A DNA stretch of 64,000 nt from Anthoceros angustus (lineage: Eukaryota > Plantae > Anthocerotophyta): assembly GCA_010909165.1 (NCBI GenBank), contig VJWM01000178.1, forward strand, positions 248,001 through 312,000, read 5' to 3'. The position numbers were made by a program, and so were the translations under genes. Shown in pieces: positions 59,785-64,000 of the stretch (the stretch's first letter is position 1; each line of letters begins with the position of its first letter). A model generated the notes under the pieces. The model made no database searches and was not told where the DNA came from. It saw only the letters and a program-made list of their open reading frames with translations.

Positions 59785-60684
59785 CCCTTGTCTTGGCAGG
59801 TCGCATGGTGTGTCTGTATGTAACTTTGTGTCTTTATGACTTTGAGAGAGGCAAGTTCATTTCGGGGGTTGTTCCCCCGGTTATTCAGAGTACCTAGTAG
59901 ATTCACAGATCACCATGAGTGGTGTCTGGACCGAAATCGTATATGATCCGGGTCGGGTGGAGAAAATGGCAGCCAGCCCAGAAAATGGTGGATGCACATC
60001 CCGCATATGCGTTGTCGGCAACGGAAGCAAATATGGTTGTAATTACATGAATACCGTGGGCACACGATCCTGCGGTCAGCGGGAAGTGTGCGAGTATTAA
60101 ACTCCGGTCAGTGGAGCCTGACAAAGTGACAGTTTTCCGCAGGAGCAGCCTGCGGAGAGACGTTGCCGCTGGCACGCGCTGCCAACGTCCCTCACTGGAT
60201 AGTCCATCATGTGGGCAATGAATCCAATGAATCCCGTCCCTTTCCATCACCAGCCTGCCCCGACCCCGACCCCGACCCCATGCCCATGCCCATGCCCATG
60301 CCCCCAAGCAGGGGCTCCTGCTCGGCCCCTTTCTCCATGTTACCGTTCACCGTGACACCACCACCTTCTTCTTCACCTGCTGCCGTTGCCATCACTGGCA
60401 GCTATACGAGTGTTGGAGAGGCCTGTGGGAGGATGTGCTGTGCCGCACTGCCACTTTCCCCTCTTCCCCAGCAGGCAGCTGCGAAATCGGAGGCTTGGAG
60501 CAAGATTTAGTCACACACGCGTTGTCAGGCCGGCCAGCATTGGGCTGTGGGCTATCGGGCTATCGGGCTGTGGGCATTGCGTTGTGCACTGCATTGTATG
60601 CAGCTGGGCCGGCGGGGGAGTCGGGAGCGCCTCGGTGGATGTCTTGCGGGAAGGAGTCTTTCCCGGTTCTTGACAGTGAGGTGC

Positions 60685-60686
<2 letters not shown>

Positions 60687-60752
<66 letters not shown>
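60687..60752 (+). repeat. (CAGGAG)11 microsatellite immediately 5' of the RLK start codon
   Basis: Perfect hexamer run ending 24 nt before the ATG at 60776. Confidence 0.95.
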
Positions 60753-60753
<1 letters not shown>

Positions 60754-60775
60754 GCGCAAGCCTGAGCGCAGGAGC

Positions 60776-63013
60776 ATGGGCCGGGGCCGGGGGCTGTCTC
60801 CCAGGATAGCCTTGAACCTCAGCTTCTTGTTCTGCTTCTTGTGGGCGGCAGTGCCGGGGCAGGGGGACGGGCAGGACCTCATTCCCAACGACCTGCAGGC
60901 GCTGCTGGCCATCAAGCAGGCCTTCTCCGACCCGAATAACGCGCTGCAGAGCTGGAACGGGAGCGGGAGCGGGTCCTGCCAGGGCCGCTGGGCCGGGGTG
61001 ACATGCGCGGCCGGGGAGGTGACTGTTCTGCAGCTGGCGGGGCTGGGGCTCGGGGGGAACCTTTCGGACCAGGTGGGGCAGCTCAAGAACCTGCGCAAGT
61101 TCAATGTGCACACCAACAACATCCAGGGCCCCATCCCGCCGTCTTTGTGGAGCCTGCCGTATCTGAGGGCCGTGTATCTGAACAAGAATGGCTTCACCGG
61201 GGAGATTCCTTCCGGGCTCGGGAGCTCCTCTCTGCTGCAGCGGCTCGACTTCAGCTCCAACCAGCTCACCGGAAGCATTCCTGAGGGCCTCGCAGCGTCC
61301 ACCAGGCTGCTGTATGTGAACGTGAGCGACAACATGCTGTCAGGGCCGGTGCCCAAGGACTGGGCCCTCAACCCGTCTGTGCAGGTCGTGTCTGCTTCCA
61401 GGAATGCGCTTTCGGGGCCCGTCGCGCAGCGGTGGAGCAGCTACCGGCTCCAGGTGCTGGAATTGCATGGCAACAGCCTGACTGGGAGCTTGCCCTTGGA
61501 CATGGGGTCTGCCACCTCTGCCATCATCCTGGACCTGGGGGATAATGACTTCTCTGGGAAGCTGCCTTCGGAGCTGGGATTGCTCACCTCGCTGCAGGTG
61601 CTCGATCTGTCCAGGAACCAGCTCACTGGCTCCATTCCCGACTCGTTCGGGGGTCTGTTCAACCTCACGTTCCTGGACCTGTCGCAGAACAGCCTCTCGG
61701 GCTCCATTCCTGGCTCCCTCAGCCGGCTGCCTGACCTGCAGACCTTCAACGTGTCCTACAACGACCTCAGTGGCTCCATCCCGATGCTGGACCAGAGCTT
61801 TCCCAGCAGCTCTTTCGTAGGGAACGTGGGACTGTGCGGAGGGGAGGTCTCTAAGGTGTGTTCCGGGAAGAAGAAGAGGAGACTGAGTACTCTGGCATGG
61901 GTCGGCATCGCTGTGGGGATAGCCGTTTGCTCCATAGCCCTATGCATCTGCTTCCTTCTCTTGTGCAGCGGGAAGAGGAGGGGACCTAGGAGAGGGGGCG
62001 GGGGAGGGCTGATGGGCCAGGCTGGGAAGCGGCCGGAGGAGTCCCCTAGCAGCGAGGGGGATGTGGGAGGGAAGCTGGTGCATTTCGATGGCCCTCTGGC
62101 CTTCAGCGTGGATGACCTTCTGCGAGCAACGGCAGAGGTTTTGGGGAAGAGCTCCTACGGGACGGTGTACAAGGCAACTCTGGAGGACGGGACTAGCGTT
62201 GCTGTCAAGAGGTTGAGGGAAGGGATCGTGAAGGGGCAGAGGGAGTTCGAGACAGAGATCCAGGGGCTGGGTGCTATGCGGCATCCCAACCTGCTGGCTC
62301 TGAGAGCGTACTACTGGGGCCCCAAGGAGGAGAAGCTGCTGGTGTATGACTTCATGCCTCTGGGGAGCCTGGCAGCGTTGTTGCATGGGAGCAGGGGCCC
62401 GCAGACGCCTTTGGGCTGGAGCACAAGGCTCAAGATCGCCACCGGCACTGCCCGGGGGCTGGCATTCCTGCATGCCAAGGAGAGGATTGTGCATGGCAAC
62501 CTCACGTCCAGCAACATTCTGCTGGATCGCCACATGTGTCCCCAGATCTCCGACTACGGCCTCTCCAGAGTCATGACCACGTCTGCCAACTCCACCGTCA
62601 TCTCCACAGCCGGGGCTCTGGGGTACAGGGCCCCGGAGCTCACCAAGCTCAAGAAGGCCACCTTCAAGTCCGACGTCTACAGCTTCGGGGTCATCCTGCT
62701 GGAGCTTCTCACAGGCAAGGCTCCCTCCGACCCCATGACAGGCACCAACCTCCAGTCGGCGGACACCACTCTCCCCGACTGGGTTACATCCGTGGTGAAG
62801 GAGGAGTGGACCAACGAGGTGTTCGACTTGGACCTGATGAAGGAGTCTCCTCCCGAAGATGAGCTGCTCACCACTCTGCAGCTAGCCATGAACTGCGTGG
62901 CTGGAGCTCCCAGCACCAGGCCCGACATCGAGGAGGTGGTGAGGCACCTCGGGGATCTCGCCAGCACTCCCTCCCCTAACCAGCAACCACTCCATGCCCG
63001 CCATCAGCTATAA
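60776..63013 (+). CDS. LRR receptor-like kinase, LRR-III subfamily, IMK2/IMK3-like, intronless
   Basis: Signal peptide; LRRNT ([23 protein letters not shown]...C..RWAGVTC); LxLSxNxLTGSIP repeats; GNVGLCG cap; TM helix; [35 protein letters not shown]; [14 protein letters not shown]; [13 protein letters not shown]; [13 protein letters not shown]. Confidence 0.95.
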   Translation: MGRGRGLSPRIALNLSFLFCFLWAAVPGQGDGQDLIPNDLQALLAIKQAFSDPNNALQSWNGSGSGSCQGRWAGVTCAAGEVTVLQLAGLGLGGNLSDQVGQLKNLRKFNVHTNNIQGPIPPSLWSLPYLRAVYLNKNGFTGEIPSGLGSSSLLQRLDFSSNQLTGSIPEGLAASTRLLYVNVSDNMLSGPVPKDWALNPSVQVVSASRNALSGPVAQRWSSYRLQVLELHGNSLTGSLPLDMGSATSAIILDLGDNDFSGKLPSELGLLTSLQVLDLSRNQLTGSIPDSFGGLFNLTFLDLSQNSLSGSIPGSLSRLPDLQTFNVSYNDLSGSIPMLDQSFPSSSFVGNVGLCGGEVSKVCSGKKKRRLSTLAWVGIAVGIAVCSIALCICFLLLCSGKRRGPRRGGGGGLMGQAGKRPEESPSSEGDVGGKLVHFDGPLAFSVDDLLRATAEVLGKSSYGTVYKATLEDGTSVAVKRLREGIVKGQREFETEIQGLGAMRHPNLLALRAYYWGPKEEKLLVYDFMPLGSLAALLHGSRGPQTPLGWSTRLKIATGTARGLAFLHAKERIVHGNLTSSNILLDRHMCPQISDYGLSRVMTTSANSTVISTAGALGYRAPELTKLKKATFKSDVYSFGVILLELLTGKAPSDPMTGTNLQSADTTLPDWVTSVVKEEWTNEVFDLDLMKESPPEDELLTTLQLAMNCVAGAPSTRPDIEEVVRHLGDLASTPSPNQQPLHARHQL

Positions 63014-63693
63014 GGAGCCCATCATTCTTTCAATTCGTGTTTGCACTTGCCTGGATCTCTTATCTAGTCTAGTCAGCTTCTGCTTCATTCAGCGGATTTG
63101 TTGCATTTTTCTCTAGCTTTCTCCTCGGTCGACATGCCGACAGAAAGGTCTTCCAGTTGTCACACCATGTATGTACCAAGTATTTCGAGATTGTTTCTCC
63201 TTCGCACGCATTTCCTCGATTTCTCCGTCTCCTACCCAACACGCAAACACAGCACAGTGTAGATTTTTCATACCGGTGCGATTTTTCGTACCGGTGTGAT
63301 TTTTCGTACCCATACATCAAGCAGAATCCCTGTAGACACGAGGGAACGTTGTTGTACAGCTCCGGGTGTGGTGGACTGGAAGCTGGGTTATGTTTCCCCT
63401 CACAAATGCAGATGCCATGGCGGCACTCGGTTTGTAGGCATGCACACCACGGGATGCTCTTGCGGCCTTTGCTCCGACTCAGGCCGGTGTCCCAGTGACC
63501 CTGCCAGTGGTGTAGCTTGCCATCTCCTCCTTGTTATTTACTCACTTCACCCTCGACTCCCGTTTGCAGATGCCGGCTCAACCTAGAAGTAGGGAGTTCT
63601 TGGCAGCTCCAGTCTCGTCGCCTTCTGCCTCTCGCGCGGTCAGGTGCTACTGAATTCAAGGCACGAGCTGCACGGAGATACAGGGGCAAGGGG

Positions 63694-63984
63694 ATGCTCC
63701 CGGAGATCTTGCCTCGATTGTTACGACGAGCTACCAGTCTCGCCACCATGAGGGTGTACGTGATTTCTGACTTGCATACGGACTTCGAGGCCAACATGGA
63801 TTGGGTGAAGAGGCTCTCGCCAGACTTGTATCTCCAGGATGCCCTGATTGTTGCCGGAGACGTATCAGAAGATTTCCAAGTTTTCAAGGACACCATGAGG
63901 GCGTTGAAAGGACTGTTCAAGCATGTTTTTTTCGTTCCGGGAAATCATGATCTATGGTGCCGAGGAAATGGGGAGGAGCAATGT
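63694..63984 (+). CDS. Calcineurin-like metallophosphoesterase, first exon (continues beyond the window)
   Basis: VISDLHTD, IVAGDVSE and FVPGNHDLW are the DxH, GD and GNHD motifs; GT donor at 63985. The ATG at 63694 is a candidate start; an upstream start is possible. Confidence 0.85.
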
Positions 63985-64000
63985 GTGAGATGACTCGCCT

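Noticed and set aside
60511-62533. Long antisense ORFs (286, 183 and 197 aa) over the RLK
   Set aside because: Shadow ORFs of a GC3-rich coding sequence.

Overview
Eukaryotic nuclear DNA from a gene-dense land plant with short (roughly 80-250 nt) spliceosomal introns. The long-L PLS-PPR, the gene set and the compactness point to a non-seed plant, possibly a hornwort (inference, not proven). The ORF track mostly shows exon fragments, so I assembled genes by hand from splice sites and family motifs. In order: 3' part of an intronless bacterial-like CapA/PGA_cap gene; decayed repeat DNA; TDP1; a secreted two-domain potato-inhibitor-I protease inhibitor and a pseudogenised tandem copy; a small two-exon membrane protein; a PLS-class PPR (E+, no DYW); about 8 kb with no recognisable gene; CesA; DCN1-like; two small Gnk2/DUF26-like secreted proteins; RPN11; a ~17 kb repeat island; RBBP6/MPE1-like; an IMK2-like LRR-III receptor kinase; and the first exon of a calcineurin-like phosphoesterase. 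The repeat island comprises a pol-less Ty3/Gypsy-like internal region (decayed tRNA-Asp PBS, antisense internally triplicated ORF) followed by a scrambled a-b-c-a-c-b-c-d-d duplication array. I found no clearly new multi-gene system. The best leads are the CapA-like HGT candidate, the retroelement with its microhomology-joined array, the divergent secreted defence-type proteins, the LL-type PPR insertions and the GC step inside RBBP6. The repeat island has many small indels between copies, which could be unpolished long-read assembly error.
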